Notes: a model not told the origin generated them from the sequence alone. A DNA stretch of 64,000 nt from an uncultured delta proteobacterium (GCA_963745835.1 CAVUZH010000014.1:96001-160000); one strand, 5' to 3'. Shown: positions 19,177 through 29,760, numbered from the stretch's first letter. Program-made: numbers and translations.

Positions 19177-20529
19177 CTACAGGGTTTTAGTCGCCACTGT
19201 CCCCTGATTGTATTTACGAATACCCTCCAGCAGCGCGTCGACCATTGCGTCCTGATGGCCTTCATCGTTCATTGCCCGGCCTTCAACACGATTGGTGATG
19301 AAAAACATCTCCACTAAAACGCTCGGCATCCGGGCCCCCACCAGCACGTAAAACAATGCTTTCTTAACGCCCAGATCTTTGACATCGCTCATCTTGCGCG
19401 ACATGCCGCTGACCACCGCGCCCTGGAGATGGTGCGCCAGACTGATCGAGTCTTCAAGCTTTCCATTCTGCAGCATGTCGCTCAAGATGAACTGCAGGTC
19501 CGAAATATTTTTCCGCGACGTGCTGTTTTCCCGGGCCGCAAGCCGAATCGAGGCTTCATCGCTGGTGTTGTCGAGATAGTAGGTTTCCAGACCTCTGGCT
19601 TCGAGGTTCGGACTCGCGTTCATATGAAGCGAGACGAACAGATCGGCATCCTCGGCGTTGGCGGTGGCAGTGCGGTCTTCCAGCGGGACGTAGCGATCGT
19701 CTTTGCGCGTCAAGATAACTTCGATCCCCAATTCGCGTGTGAGCTTGACCGCCAATTTCTTGGCGATTGACAGAACCAGATCTTTCTCAGCTACCCCGCC
19801 GACACCGATAGCGCCCGGATCCTTGCCGCCGTGGCCCGGGTCCAATACGATTTTACGGATGCCGGGCACCGTAGTCTTCGCCGCTTGCTTAGTTTTTGCG
19901 GTTGTCCTGATAACCGGCTTATCGGCGCCTGACTTAACCGTCTCACCGGTCGGTTGAGGCTGGATATGGATGACCAGTCGATACAAATCGGGGAGTAACG
20001 AAATATCATAAGCGGTGCTATCATCGGCCAAGTCCAAGACTACCCGCACGACATCATCGCTATACTGGCCGACGCGTATCTGGCGCAAAAGCCGGTCACC
20101 AACCGCGAGCGGTTCTTTAGAATTCGTCAGCAGTTGCGCCCCTGAGATGTCGATGTAAGTTCTCGGCGCCAACCCTTTCGACTTATTTCCTTCAAGCCGG
20201 TGAATTTCATATTTAGCTTCTTTCGATAAGTCGAGCAGCACGCGAGTATACCGAGAAGTGGAGATGAAGCGCACCGAACTCACTAAGCTCTTGTCCGTCG
20301 GGCTCGGCGAAAGCTCAGAGTCGGTCTTTGGTTCCTCGGTCGGTTGCGCGCGCCGCGCCGACGGCATGTCAGCTTTTGTTGACTTACCCGGCGATACCGC
20401 GCGGGTTTCTTTGTTGCTTTGAGCCGCAGCAAAAGAATCGAAATGAACCAAAGACATCCCAAGCAAAGCGACAACACCTAGGGCAATAGCCATGTAGCGG
20501 AAGCTTCTTCTCGTCATCGGATACCTCAT
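19177..20529 (-). CDS. amiC: N-acetylmuramoyl-L-alanine amidase, AmiC-like (AMIN + Amidase_3)
   Basis: Signal peptide, AMIN-like RVVLDL segments, LDPGHGGKDPGA, EKD, SLHMNA, LVEMFFITN; start uncertain (20529 or 20517). Confidence 0.88.
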   Translation of the reverse strand: MRYPMTRRSFRYMAIALGVVALLGMSLVHFDSFAAAQSNKETRAVSPGKSTKADMPSARRAQPTEEPKTDSELSPSPTDKSLVSSVRFISTSRYTRVLLDLSKEAKYEIHRLEGNKSKGLAPRTYIDISGAQLLTNSKEPLAVGDRLLRQIRVGQYSDDVVRVVLDLADDSTAYDISLLPDLYRLVIHIQPQPTGETVKSGADKPVIRTTAKTKQAAKTTVPGIRKIVLDPGHGGKDPGAIGVGGVAEKDLVLSIAKKLAVKLTRELGIEVILTRKDDRYVPLEDRTATANAEDADLFVSLHMNASPNLEARGLETYYLDNTSDEASIRLAARENSTSRKNISDLQFILSDMLQNGKLEDSISLAHHLQGAVVSGMSRKMSDVKDLGVKKALFYVLVGARMPSVLVEMFFITNRVEGRAMNDEGHQDAMVDALLEGIRKYNQGTVATKTL

Positions 20530-20539
20530 GCGATGGGAA

Positions 20540-23128
20540 TCATTTTTTAGCATCTTCGGTGAGCTTAAAAAGGATATTGAGCGCTTCCACCGGAGTGATC
20601 GTTGATACCTCGATACTCCGCAGTTGTTCCCGAAACCGATCATCGGCGCCTGTAAATAACCCCATCTGCGACGGCTGGTCGCCGATGGCAGGTCCCATAG
20701 ATGCCAAACGCCCGCGACACTCATCCCCGCCGCCCTCGAGTCGCGCGAGAATGGCTTTGGCATGGTCGATCACCGGCGCCGGCAGCCCGGCTAAGCGGGC
20801 CACGTGAATGCCGTAACTGCGGCTGGCCGCGCCTTCGATCAGGTTTCTTAAAAAAATGATATCGCCCTGCCACTCTTTGACAGCGAAGTTGTAATTCTTG
20901 ATTCGTTCTTTGGTGCGCGCGAGATCGGTGAGCTCATGGTAATGGGTGGCAAATAATGTCCGTGGGCGCTCGGCGCGCTCATGCAGGGATTCTGCGACAG
21001 CCCAGGCAATGGAGATCCCGTCGAAGGTGCTGGTGCCGCGACCGACTTCATCCAGGAGTATCAAGCTTCGCTGCGTCGCATGCTCCAAAATGGCAGCGGT
21101 TTCCTTCATCTCGATCATAAAAGTTGATTCACCGCGCGATAGCGAATCGCTAGCGCCGATTCGAGTAAACACACGATCAACCAGGCCGATCCGAGCTTCG
21201 CTCGCCGGCACAAAACTTCCCATCTGCGCCAGAATCGTGATCAAGGCAACCTGGCGCATGTAGGTCGACTTGCCTGCCATGTTGGGTCCAGTCAGGAGCA
21301 AAATCTGCTGCTCCTTGGGATCGATAACGCAGTCATTAGGCACAAAAGCGCCGCGGCCAATGGCGCCTTCGACCACCGGGTGGCGGCCTTCACGCACAGC
21401 CAGGATCAATCCGTCGTCGACTGACGGCGCGACCCAATGGCAGGACTCGGCGACTTCAGCAAACGAGAGCAAAACATCGACGCAAGCCAGCGCTATGCTG
21501 GACTTTTTCAGCCCAGGAAAAGTGCTCGCGACCTGCCCGCGGACACGTCCGAGCAACTCGGCTTCCAATTTTTCTAACAGACTTTGGGAATTAAGAACTC
21601 TGGTTTCGTATTCTTTGAGTTCCGGCGTGATATAGCGTTCGCCATTAACCAGAGTCTGTTTACGAATATAATCCTCAGGCACCGCCTTTAAGTTCGAGCT
21701 GGTTACCTCAATGTAATAACCAAACACACGATTATAGCGCACCTTCAGGGAGTTGATACCGGTGCGACGCCGTTCGGCCGTTTCGAAGGCGGCAATCCAT
21801 TGCTTGGCTTGGCTTCTGCCGCTGCGAATGTCATCGAGTTCCGGGTTGAAACCCTGGCGAATGTAACCGCCGTCTTTCAGTGAAAAAGGCGGATCATCCA
21901 CGACCGCCGTGCTGATGAGTTCGACGATATCCGGCAACTCTGAAAGTTGCTCGCGCAGGGCGCGCAAGATGTAGGTGCTCTCCCCCGCTAATAAGCCCCG
22001 CAAATCCGCTAACGCGAGGAGCGTTTGTTTAATCGCCACCAGATCCCTTGGCGATGCCGTGCCCGCGACCGTACGCGCGGCCAAGCGTTCAAGGTCCTGT
22101 ACATTCTGCAAGGCTCTTTTTAAATCCTGGCGCAATCGGTAATTCTCAACCAGCGCCTGGACACCCGCTTGTCGCTCACGAATGGCGCCGACGTCCAGCA
22201 GAGGGTAAAAGAGCCATTGACGCAGGCGGCGCGCGCCCATCGGAGTTTCAGTTCGATCGAGCACCGAGAGTAGCGAGCCTTTGCGAGTTCCATTGTTACC
22301 GTTGGCGAGCTCGAGATTGCACCGGGTGTTCTCGTCCAGGACCAAATAATGCGAGGCAACGTAGAACTCCAGACCGCCGATCACTTTAAGGAATTCGCCG
22401 ACGTTGACTTCCAAATAGTTGATGATCCCCGAAGCCGCAAAAACACCCTGATGCCGGGCGCCGGCTCTGTCCTGGGAGTCCTCGGCCGTCATCAGCTTGC
22501 GCGCCGCGTCCCCGGAAAAAAACTCTTCCGGCGCTGCCGTAATATGGCGGTTCGAGAATTGTTTGCGCAGCAATCTCAACAGCTCGGCGCCGTTGCGCGG
22601 CGCAATGATTTCACTTGGCGCGATACGGCCGATCTCGTCGAGAAACGACTGTTCCTCGGCAAATTGCGTGCAACGAAATTCGCCGGTGGTGATATCCGTT
22701 AAGGCCAGGCCGAAATTCCGATTATCCTGGCACACGGCAATCAAGAAGTTATTGCCGCGCGCATCGAGCGCTTCCGCGGCGGTAATGGTGCCGGGCGTGA
22801 TGACCCGGACAACTTCACGTTGAACAACTCCTTTGGCTGTCTTAGGATCTTCAATTTGCTCGCAAACGGCGACCTTATGCCCTGCGTCGAGTAGTTTCTG
22901 AATATACGGCTCGGCTGCATGATAAGGCACGCCGCAAAGCGGCACCGGCGACTCTTCGCTTTTGTGCCGCGAGGTCAGCGCGATATCGAGGACTCGAGAT
23001 GCGGTTTGCGCGTCTTCGAAGAACATTTCATAGAAATCACCGAGCCGGAAAAACAGAATCGCGTCGCGGTACCTCTCCTTGATTTGCAGGTACTGCTGCA
23101 TCATCGGAGTGATCTTGGCGGGCTCCAT
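20540..23128 (-). CDS. mutS: DNA mismatch repair protein MutS
   Basis: TPMMQQY, GDFYEMF, TGPNMAGKSTY, STFMIEM, DEVGRGTST, ATHYHEL, SYGIHVA. Confidence 0.97.
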   Translation of the reverse strand: MEPAKITPMMQQYLQIKERYRDAILFFRLGDFYEMFFEDAQTASRVLDIALTSRHKSEESPVPLCGVPYHAAEPYIQKLLDAGHKVAVCEQIEDPKTAKGVVQREVVRVITPGTITAAEALDARGNNFLIAVCQDNRNFGLALTDITTGEFRCTQFAEEQSFLDEIGRIAPSEIIAPRNGAELLRLLRKQFSNRHITAAPEEFFSGDAARKLMTAEDSQDRAGARHQGVFAASGIINYLEVNVGEFLKVIGGLEFYVASHYLVLDENTRCNLELANGNNGTRKGSLLSVLDRTETPMGARRLRQWLFYPLLDVGAIRERQAGVQALVENYRLRQDLKRALQNVQDLERLAARTVAGTASPRDLVAIKQTLLALADLRGLLAGESTYILRALREQLSELPDIVELISTAVVDDPPFSLKDGGYIRQGFNPELDDIRSGRSQAKQWIAAFETAERRRTGINSLKVRYNRVFGYYIEVTSSNLKAVPEDYIRKQTLVNGERYITPELKEYETRVLNSQSLLEKLEAELLGRVRGQVASTFPGLKKSSIALACVDVLLSFAEVAESCHWVAPSVDDGLILAVREGRHPVVEGAIGRGAFVPNDCVIDPKEQQILLLTGPNMAGKSTYMRQVALITILAQMGSFVPASEARIGLVDRVFTRIGASDSLSRGESTFMIEMKETAAILEHATQRSLILLDEVGRGTSTFDGISIAWAVAESLHERAERPRTLFATHYHELTDLARTKERIKNYNFAVKEWQGDIIFLRNLIEGAASRSYGIHVARLAGLPAPVIDHAKAILARLEGGGDECRGRLASMGPAIGDQPSQMGLFTGADDRFREQLRSIEVSTITPVEALNILFKLTEDAKK

Positions 23129-23134
23129 CGTTGG

Positions 23135-23617
23135 TCAGGCGGACCCGGCCTGTTTTTCGACGTACCGACGCATTGTCCTCGGGTTTGCTCGGCCGGTTGC
23201 GGCGGCAGCCCGTCTGAGGGAGTTATTGAGCTCGCGTATCAGATGGCCGATGCCGACGGAAAATACGAACTGTCGATCGATTGCATCAAAAATCTTTTCC
23301 CGATCGCTGGTGATGACAAAAAGTTTTTCGCCATCGGTGAGATATCTGAGTGATTCCAGAGCTCGCCCGTGTTCGGCGCTGTAACGTCTCAACGGTTGCA
23401 AGCAGCGCCGAACTTTCCGCAAGCTCAGCCCTCGATGGGTCAGATCCTTCGTCACCTTGAGGCACAGCAGATCGTGGAAAGAGTAAAGCCTTTTGCTACC
23501 CCGTCCCTGCGCAGCCTTTACCGACGGGCGAATAAAGCCGCGCTCGTCCCAATACTGAATCTGGCGGAGAGAAACGCCGGCGATCCGGCTGGCTTCCTTG
23601 CTGTTGTAGGTTTCCAT
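23135..23617 (-). CDS. MerR-family HTH transcriptional regulator
   Basis: IAGVSLRQIQYWDERGFIRP...RLYSFHDL winged-HTH pattern. Confidence 0.85.
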   Translation of the reverse strand: METYNSKEASRIAGVSLRQIQYWDERGFIRPSVKAAQGRGSKRLYSFHDLLCLKVTKDLTHRGLSLRKVRRCLQPLRRYSAEHGRALESLRYLTDGEKLFVITSDREKIFDAIDRQFVFSVGIGHLIRELNNSLRRAAAATGRANPRTMRRYVEKQAGSA

Positions 23618-23732
23618 CGCAAAGCGGGAATGAAAACAAGAGTGGTTTCCACGTTAAACGGCCGCTCCAACAATGTCAACAAATTCGTGCTTCCGTTGAC
23701 CATCGCCAAGACATGTGGTGAACACTAGATCT

Positions 23733-24551
23733 ATGGCTTTTCCGTCCAATGTGTATGTTGGAACGTCCGGTTGGACATACCCGGACTGGCTCGGATCGTT
23801 TTATCCGGCAGACTTAAAGCCTCAGGATTTGATTCCACATTATGCGCGCGCCTTTCGTGCCGTCGAGATCGACTCCACCTACTCTACTATTCCGGCGCGC
23901 GCAGTGGTGGCCGGATGGAAGGAAAACACTCCACCAGGATTTGTTTTTGCGGCCCAGGTGCCAGGAGTCATCACGCACCAGAAAGTGATGAAGGATTGCC
24001 AGCGTGAGCTCACGACGTTTTTAAACAGCCTCGAGCTTCTAGGCGACCGCCTCGGCCCGCTGCTGCTTCAATTTCCCTACTTCAACCGAAATGCTTTCGC
24101 TTCACGAGCTCAGTTCGACAAGCTGCTGCAGCCGTTTTTGAAAACGCTGCCAGCGGAATTTCAGTTTGCCGTGGAGATACGAAATAAGAATTGGATCAGC
24201 TGGGACTTTCTCGAAATGTTAAGAGACCACTCGGTGGCTTTCGTGGTTGTCGCCCAGGCTTGGATGCCAAGCATTGATGTGCTCGCGCGCGCACTCGATC
24301 TCCTCTGCGGCGACTTCTTTTATGCGCGCTTCATAGGCGATCGAAAAGAAGCCAAAACTCAGCGCTGGGACCATCTGACTGAGGACAAAACTTCTGAATT
24401 GATAGTCTGGATCGAAGAGCTCAAGAAAATCGCCGAGCGAGCTTCGCGAGAGTACGTCTTTTTCAGCAATTACTATGCAGGCTTTGCGCCGGGTTCGGTG
24501 GAGCTTTTTCACGAGTTATGGCACCGGCGACCGAAGCGCTGCGCGCCCTGA
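23733..24551 (+). CDS. DUF72 domain protein
   Basis: VGTSGWTYPDW...FYP, VEIDSTY, LGPLLLQFP, AVEIRN. Confidence 0.88.
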   Translation: MAFPSNVYVGTSGWTYPDWLGSFYPADLKPQDLIPHYARAFRAVEIDSTYSTIPARAVVAGWKENTPPGFVFAAQVPGVITHQKVMKDCQRELTTFLNSLELLGDRLGPLLLQFPYFNRNAFASRAQFDKLLQPFLKTLPAEFQFAVEIRNKNWISWDFLEMLRDHSVAFVVVAQAWMPSIDVLARALDLLCGDFFYARFIGDRKEAKTQRWDHLTEDKTSELIVWIEELKKIAERASREYVFFSNYYAGFAPGSVELFHELWHRRPKRCAP

Positions 24552-24606
24552 GGGCGCATAACTCAGCGGCATCGCGATTTACCGCGGCCGATTTTTGAAC
24601 GGCACC

Positions 24607-25554
24607 CTACTTGTGCCCCAGCTCAGCCATGACCTCATTAACGAAGCGCAAATCCATGTACTCACTGGGTTTTCGTTTCGGCTTTGTATTTAACGCAATG
24701 GCTTGCCACTGGGCCATCAACTCCACGCCATTTTCGGTAGGCACCGGCACCAAAGCTTGCCGGATCATCTGATAAGCGTCCTGGGCGGCATCGCGCTCAA
24801 GACCGAGACGCTTCATCGAAACCTGGAGCGCGTCTTCAGGATTATCGCGCGTGTGAATGACAGAGCGAACCATGGCGCGGACCATCTTTTTCACCGTTTG
24901 CGGATTTTCTTTGATCATCCTGCTGGTAGCCGCAAGGCCGGTAAATGCCGTGTCCTTGAAAATGTCGGCAAGGCTCACGAGCCGCTTCATTCCCGCCTTC
25001 ATGGCCAGATAATCTGCCGGAGGCGCCAGCAATGCGGCGGAAATAATTCCCTGTTTCAACGCCGCAATCTTGGGTTCGTTCCCGGGAAGGCTTATATACT
25101 CGACCTCCTTGTCGGGATTGATCTTGTTGAGCTCGAGCAGCGCCTTGGTGCCCGCCGCTGTCGAACCGCCGAAGGTGACACCGATTTTCTTGCCTCTGAG
25201 ATCCGCGATTTTTTGGATATCCGGCGTAACCACGAGCGAGAACGTCGGCCGTCCCACTTGTTGCGCCAGTAACATGATATCGTTTCCTTCCCAGACGGCG
25301 GGCATTTGTGGTCCGATCGAAAAAATGAAGTGGATCTGATTGGCCAGCAGCGCTTGTACGGCGGTGGAAGCGCCACGCACGAAGACCAGCTCCATATCCA
25401 GCCCCTCGCGCTTGTAAAAACCTTTTTCAGCGCCAACCATCATCGGCAGAATTTGGATGCTGGGCGAAGGAAACGCGCCGCGAACTGATTGACTGGCAGC
25501 TTGACTGACAAGCGCGAAAACACCGATCACCGCGATGAGAATACGTTTCCACAT
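24607..25554 (-). CDS. ABC transporter substrate-binding protein, NMT1/SsuA-like
   Basis: Signal peptide after AAGGAG RBS at ATG 25554; EKGFYKREGLD, DLRGKKIGV. Confidence 0.85.
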   Translation of the reverse strand: MWKRILIAVIGVFALVSQAASQSVRGAFPSPSIQILPMMVGAEKGFYKREGLDMELVFVRGASTAVQALLANQIHFIFSIGPQMPAVWEGNDIMLLAQQVGRPTFSLVVTPDIQKIADLRGKKIGVTFGGSTAAGTKALLELNKINPDKEVEYISLPGNEPKIAALKQGIISAALLAPPADYLAMKAGMKRLVSLADIFKDTAFTGLAATSRMIKENPQTVKKMVRAMVRSVIHTRDNPEDALQVSMKRLGLERDAAQDAYQMIRQALVPVPTENGVELMAQWQAIALNTKPKRKPSEYMDLRFVNEVMAELGHK

Positions 25555-25859
25555 AACTTCTCCTTTCACGAATCGGATACCGCTCCAATAAAACGGCAGG
25601 TTTTGAACGTCAAGCTTATTATCCAGGCCAGCGGCTGTGAGTTCCAAGCTTTGATTGCGCCTAACCGGCATAATCTCTCATGCCGCAGACAGTTTTAAAT
25701 CCCTGCTTTTTGTTTTTTCATACCGATTCGCGTAGAGATCGTAATCGAACAGACAAAGCATGCATCGCACCCTGTGGCGCAACTATGATGGCCTTGTCAC
25801 TGTGTCGACCGGGCAGCATCGAGAGCCAGCGCTTAGCTGCCGTAAAGAAGGACCGGACA

Positions 25860-27389
25860 ATGTCTACTCAATGTGTCATCAACCTCGACTTGGCTGACGT
25901 TTGGGACAAGCGTGGACGCAATTCCTTGCGCCGCACCCTCGCATGGGGCGATGAGATCACGGTCACCGATCAAAAGAGCACTCATCTGGAAGTTGAGGTC
26001 ACCAGCTTCAAGACAGGTTCCGACGGGAGCCTAATCCCCTCCACCCGAGGCGGATTCATCGAACCGACAAAAGCTTCGCGCATCAAACCTGGTGACATTA
26101 TCGTGCCGCGGGAACAAAATCAGGTGCTTAAGGTAAACTTCGTCGATGTCCAGCAAGGCGATGGCAGTATCATCGAATCTCCCGATGGAAAGATCATTTT
26201 GGTGGATGGCGGCGATAACCAACTGTTCGCGCGTTACCTGGCGGCCCGGTTTCGCGGCACCAGCTTCGACAAACCTAAACGCGTCGACTGCATTCTTATC
26301 ACCCATGGCGATGCCGACCATTTTTCAGGACTGGTGGAAATTCTTAAATCAGAGATCCACAATAACAAGCTCAAGCGGATCTTCATCCACCCGCAGAGGA
26401 TATACCACAACGGGCTGGTGAAGCGGCCGGCGACAAAGAATAATGAACCGGTTGCCGATCGAGAGCTGCTTGGGCCGACTAAGCAAATCGGCAAGAAAGT
26501 TATCATAACGGGACTCGTCGATGATTTACTGCAGGTGCGTGACGACGAGATGAACCAGCCTTTCCGCCGGTGGAAAGCCGCCTTGAAAGAATATAGTTCT
26601 CGTGGCGCTGTCTCCTTTCGGCGGCTTGAGTTCGGTGACAGTGAAGCATTCGGCTTCTTCAACGACGGCAAGCTGCGGATCGACGTTCTCGGCCCCTCCA
26701 TAACCGAGAGCGGCAACGTGCGCGGGCTCAGATTTCTCGGCACACCGCCCAAAGGACCGCGCGTGGGACATGCCTCTCTTGATTTGGCAGAAGAAGGATT
26801 CACAGGCTTGTCCGCCGGGCACACGATTAATGGTCACTCAATCGTTTTCCGACTGTCTTATGGCGGCTTTAGTTTCCTGTTTGCCGGTGATCTCAACGAA
26901 GAAGCCAGCCGCTTTCTTGCGCGCGAGCACAACCGCGGCGCGCTCAACCTGCGATCGGAAGTCTTCAAAGTTCCCCATCACGGTTCCGCCGACTTCTCCG
27001 GCGGTTTTTTTCAAGCCGTATCGCCGGTGGTGAATATCGTTTCCAGTGGCGACGAGAATGCGCGCAAGGAATACATCCATCCGCGGGCCACGTTGATGGG
27101 AGCCCTGGGACGCTGGTCGCGTGTGCCGGAACCCTTGGTGTTCGTCACCGAGCTGGTGGCCTTTTTCAATGTAGAAGGATGGTCACGACTCACCGATGTA
27201 AAAAAAGCAAAAACCCGGGGTGACTTTTTCGGCTTTAGCCGCTCCGCTTTCGGACTGGTGCAAACTCGCACGGATGGTAAACGTCTGCTGGTCTATACCG
27301 ACAGCGGCAACGTGCAGATGAAGGAGGCTTATGCCTATCAGCTCGACGAATCCGGGGTGCCGATTCCCGCAGCAGTGACACGGGGGTAA
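25860..27389 (+). CDS. ComEC/Rec2-like metallo-beta-lactamase-fold hydrolase with an N-terminal SH3-like region
   Basis: DVQQGD, VDGG, THGDADH, NGHS, FAGD, KVPHHGS, HP motifs; AAGGA RBS before ATG 25860; no TM segments. Confidence 0.8.
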   Translation: MSTQCVINLDLADVWDKRGRNSLRRTLAWGDEITVTDQKSTHLEVEVTSFKTGSDGSLIPSTRGGFIEPTKASRIKPGDIIVPREQNQVLKVNFVDVQQGDGSIIESPDGKIILVDGGDNQLFARYLAARFRGTSFDKPKRVDCILITHGDADHFSGLVEILKSEIHNNKLKRIFIHPQRIYHNGLVKRPATKNNEPVADRELLGPTKQIGKKVIITGLVDDLLQVRDDEMNQPFRRWKAALKEYSSRGAVSFRRLEFGDSEAFGFFNDGKLRIDVLGPSITESGNVRGLRFLGTPPKGPRVGHASLDLAEEGFTGLSAGHTINGHSIVFRLSYGGFSFLFAGDLNEEASRFLAREHNRGALNLRSEVFKVPHHGSADFSGGFFQAVSPVVNIVSSGDENARKEYIHPRATLMGALGRWSRVPEPLVFVTELVAFFNVEGWSRLTDVKKAKTRGDFFGFSRSAFGLVQTRTDGKRLLVYTDSGNVQMKEAYAYQLDESGVPIPAAVTRG

Positions 27390-27442
27390 GATTTTCAAAG
27401 CGTCCGTTTGACAAGCTGCGCTGGCGGATGAATATTGCCGCC

Positions 27443-27721
27443 ATGGCGCGAAAGTTTCTGGCGCTTCCACTGACGGGGATATCTTGGTTCCCCGTTGCCG
27501 ATTTCGACATCTTAGTAGACCCCGACCTGTCCGAGCGGTTCGAGCACTATCTTCCGGCTCAGCTACTGATTGGCTCTGCGACACTTTGGCAAAGAGATAT
27601 CAAAGCTTCACAACTCCGCCGGGCCCTTACCAAATCTATCTCTGGTCAACTCGCTCGAGTTTTCAAATTGGGCAGTGACCGATTTGTGAATCACTCACTC
27701 AGGACGGCCTCGGCTGAATAG
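27443..27721 (+). pseudogene. Degenerate homolog of the small protein at 30064-30366
   Basis: MARKFLALPLTGISWFPVADFDILVDPDLSERFE aligns by eye with MLRKRLALLLALSWVILSGYDVIEDLDFPDRIE; a shifted-frame SKLH/LRRAL segment matches the C-terminal FKLHKVNQV. Confidence 0.45.
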
Positions 27722-27895
27722 AATCGTTTCAACATCCATGTCGTTCGAGAGATTGTTGATTGATCGTCGGCTCGTCGAACTTATGCAACTCCGCATTGGT
27801 TACTTTCCAGCTGCCAGCGTGCACCCCTTTTTCTCCCGTAGGCAAGGCCAAACTCCAAGGAAACCTGTTTCCATACCAATCCAGGATCGAAATAG

Positions 27896-29218
27896 ATGAC
27901 AACCATCGCATTTGAATCGATCGTGATAATCTTCTTGATTATCGCCAACGGACTGTTCGCCATGTCTGAACTTGCAATCGTCGCCGCGCGCAAATCACGG
28001 CTTCGAGATTGGGCGGAAAAAGGCAGCGCCAGCGCCAGATCAGCTTTAGAGCTCGCCGAGAATCCCAACCAATTCTTTTCCACGGTTCAGATCGGCATCA
28101 CGCTTGTAGGTATTCTCGCCGGCGCCTTCGGCGGGCGGACCCTAGCTTCGGAACTCGCTGCATTCTTCGCGGGAATTCCCGCCATTGAACCTTACAGCAG
28201 GACAATCGCTCTCGGTGCCGTCGTCATTTGCATCACGTACTTCTCCGTCGTGCTTGGCGAATTGGTCCCCAAACGAATCGCCTTGAGTCATGCGGAGACA
28301 ATCGCAACTTTTATGGCGGGACCGATGCGACTGTTGTCGGCCATCTCCTCGCCCATCGTTCGGCTTTTGACAGCGTCAACGGATGCGATCTTCAGGTTGC
28401 TCGGCAGTCCGCCCTCTCAGGAGCCTCCCGTCACCGAAGAAGAAATCAAAAGATTGATTCAACAAGGAACCGCAGCGGGAGTTTTCGAAGAGAGCGAGCA
28501 GGATATGATCGAGGCGGTTATCGAGCTGGGCGATAAAAGCGCGCGCGCGCTGATGACGCCGCGCACCCAGATCGTTTGGTTGGATCAAAGCGATCCGATT
28601 GAAGAGATTCGCAGCAGGATCTCCGAGAGCGGACATTCCCGGTTTCCGGTCGGCAACGGCAGCCTCGATAATTTAGTCGGCGTAACCCAAGCCAAGGATC
28701 TTCTGTCCAACGCGCTGTACGGCAAGCCAATAGACCTATCGGCATCTTTACAAGCACCGGTGCTGGTGCCGCGCACATTGACCGCGTTGCAGGTGCTCGA
28801 TTATATCAAACGCTCGGGCAGCCACCTGGTGCTGGTAGTGGACGAGTATGGGGGCATCGAGGGGTTGCTGACCCATCACGATGTCCTCGAAGCCATCGCC
28901 GGCGATATGCCGTTCGGCGAAACCGTCACGCCGCCGAAGGCTGTGCAACGCCCCGACGGCTCATGGCTGGTGGATGGAATGATCCCGGTCGACGAGTTCA
29001 AAGAAATCTTTGATCTCGACAGCCTCCCAGGAGAAAAGCAAGACGCCTATCAAACCTTGGGCGGTTTTATTTTTACCAGGATGGGTCGCGTGCCGTCGGT
29101 ATCGGAATCCTTTGAGTGGAATGGTTTGCGCTTTGAGATTGTCGATATGGACGGCAAGCGCATTGACAAAGTACTTGTATCACACGTGACAAATGAAGAG
29201 AGCCCGGAGGAAGCTTAA
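27896..29218 (+). CDS. HlyC/CorC (CNNM-CBS-CorC) family Mg2+/Co2+ transport-associated protein
   Basis: NGLFAMSELAIV, QIGIT, GELVPK, MTPR, HSRFPV, VDEYGG, YQTLGG, DGKRIDKV. Confidence 0.92.
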   Translation: MTTIAFESIVIIFLIIANGLFAMSELAIVAARKSRLRDWAEKGSASARSALELAENPNQFFSTVQIGITLVGILAGAFGGRTLASELAAFFAGIPAIEPYSRTIALGAVVICITYFSVVLGELVPKRIALSHAETIATFMAGPMRLLSAISSPIVRLLTASTDAIFRLLGSPPSQEPPVTEEEIKRLIQQGTAAGVFEESEQDMIEAVIELGDKSARALMTPRTQIVWLDQSDPIEEIRSRISESGHSRFPVGNGSLDNLVGVTQAKDLLSNALYGKPIDLSASLQAPVLVPRTLTALQVLDYIKRSGSHLVLVVDEYGGIEGLLTHHDVLEAIAGDMPFGETVTPPKAVQRPDGSWLVDGMIPVDEFKEIFDLDSLPGEKQDAYQTLGGFIFTRMGRVPSVSESFEWNGLRFEIVDMDGKRIDKVLVSHVTNEESPEEA

Positions 29219-29344
29219 CTTGATCCAAAGACTGACTGGTAGAGAACGATGTCCGACTTAAGCGGCTCCAATGAGCGGGTTTTTAGAGACGCGTGCAATT
29301 CGCTGGCGGCAAAATCTTCGTAGCCGGACTTGGCAATTTTTTAT

Positions 29345-29760
29345 GGCAGTTGTCGTGACCCCATAACGAATATTGTGCGTCAGTTCCAAACCGATGGCCA
29401 AAACCACCGTAATCAAAAGCGCAGCAAAAATTACCACGATCGAGCGGGCGCTTCGTAGCGAAACCCCGACCCGCTCAAAATTTCAGCGCGTCAGCCAATT
29501 GAGCAGGGGCGGCTTCTCGATTCTCGGATTTCCGTCCAGAATCGGCACGAGCCAGACATCTTCCTCGATCATCGTAAGTGCCGTTCTAAATACCCGGTGA
29601 TATTCATCCGTTGAAGTTGGACCGGACTGGTTACCGATTCCCCGAGCCGTAATAAGAACCACGAACGTAAACACAACGGCCCATAAGATTGCCCTGTGGT
29701 GTCGAAAAAATTCGTCACAACGATTGAAAAGGGAATGGAAACGGCCCCGGCCCAGCAAGT
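29345..29760 (-). pseudogene. Truncated ArnT/GT-C family glycosyltransferase fragment (boundaries approximate)
   Basis: TM-DEY...MIEEDVWLVPILDGNPRIEKPPLLNW, then an in-frame stop (29483) and a short GVSLRSAR continuation; the rest of the gene is absent. Confidence 0.65.

Noticed and set aside
27424-27497. Run of short hairpins after the MBL gene as an ncRNA
   Set aside because: Stems are only 5-7 bp and the region is better explained as a degenerate coding sequence
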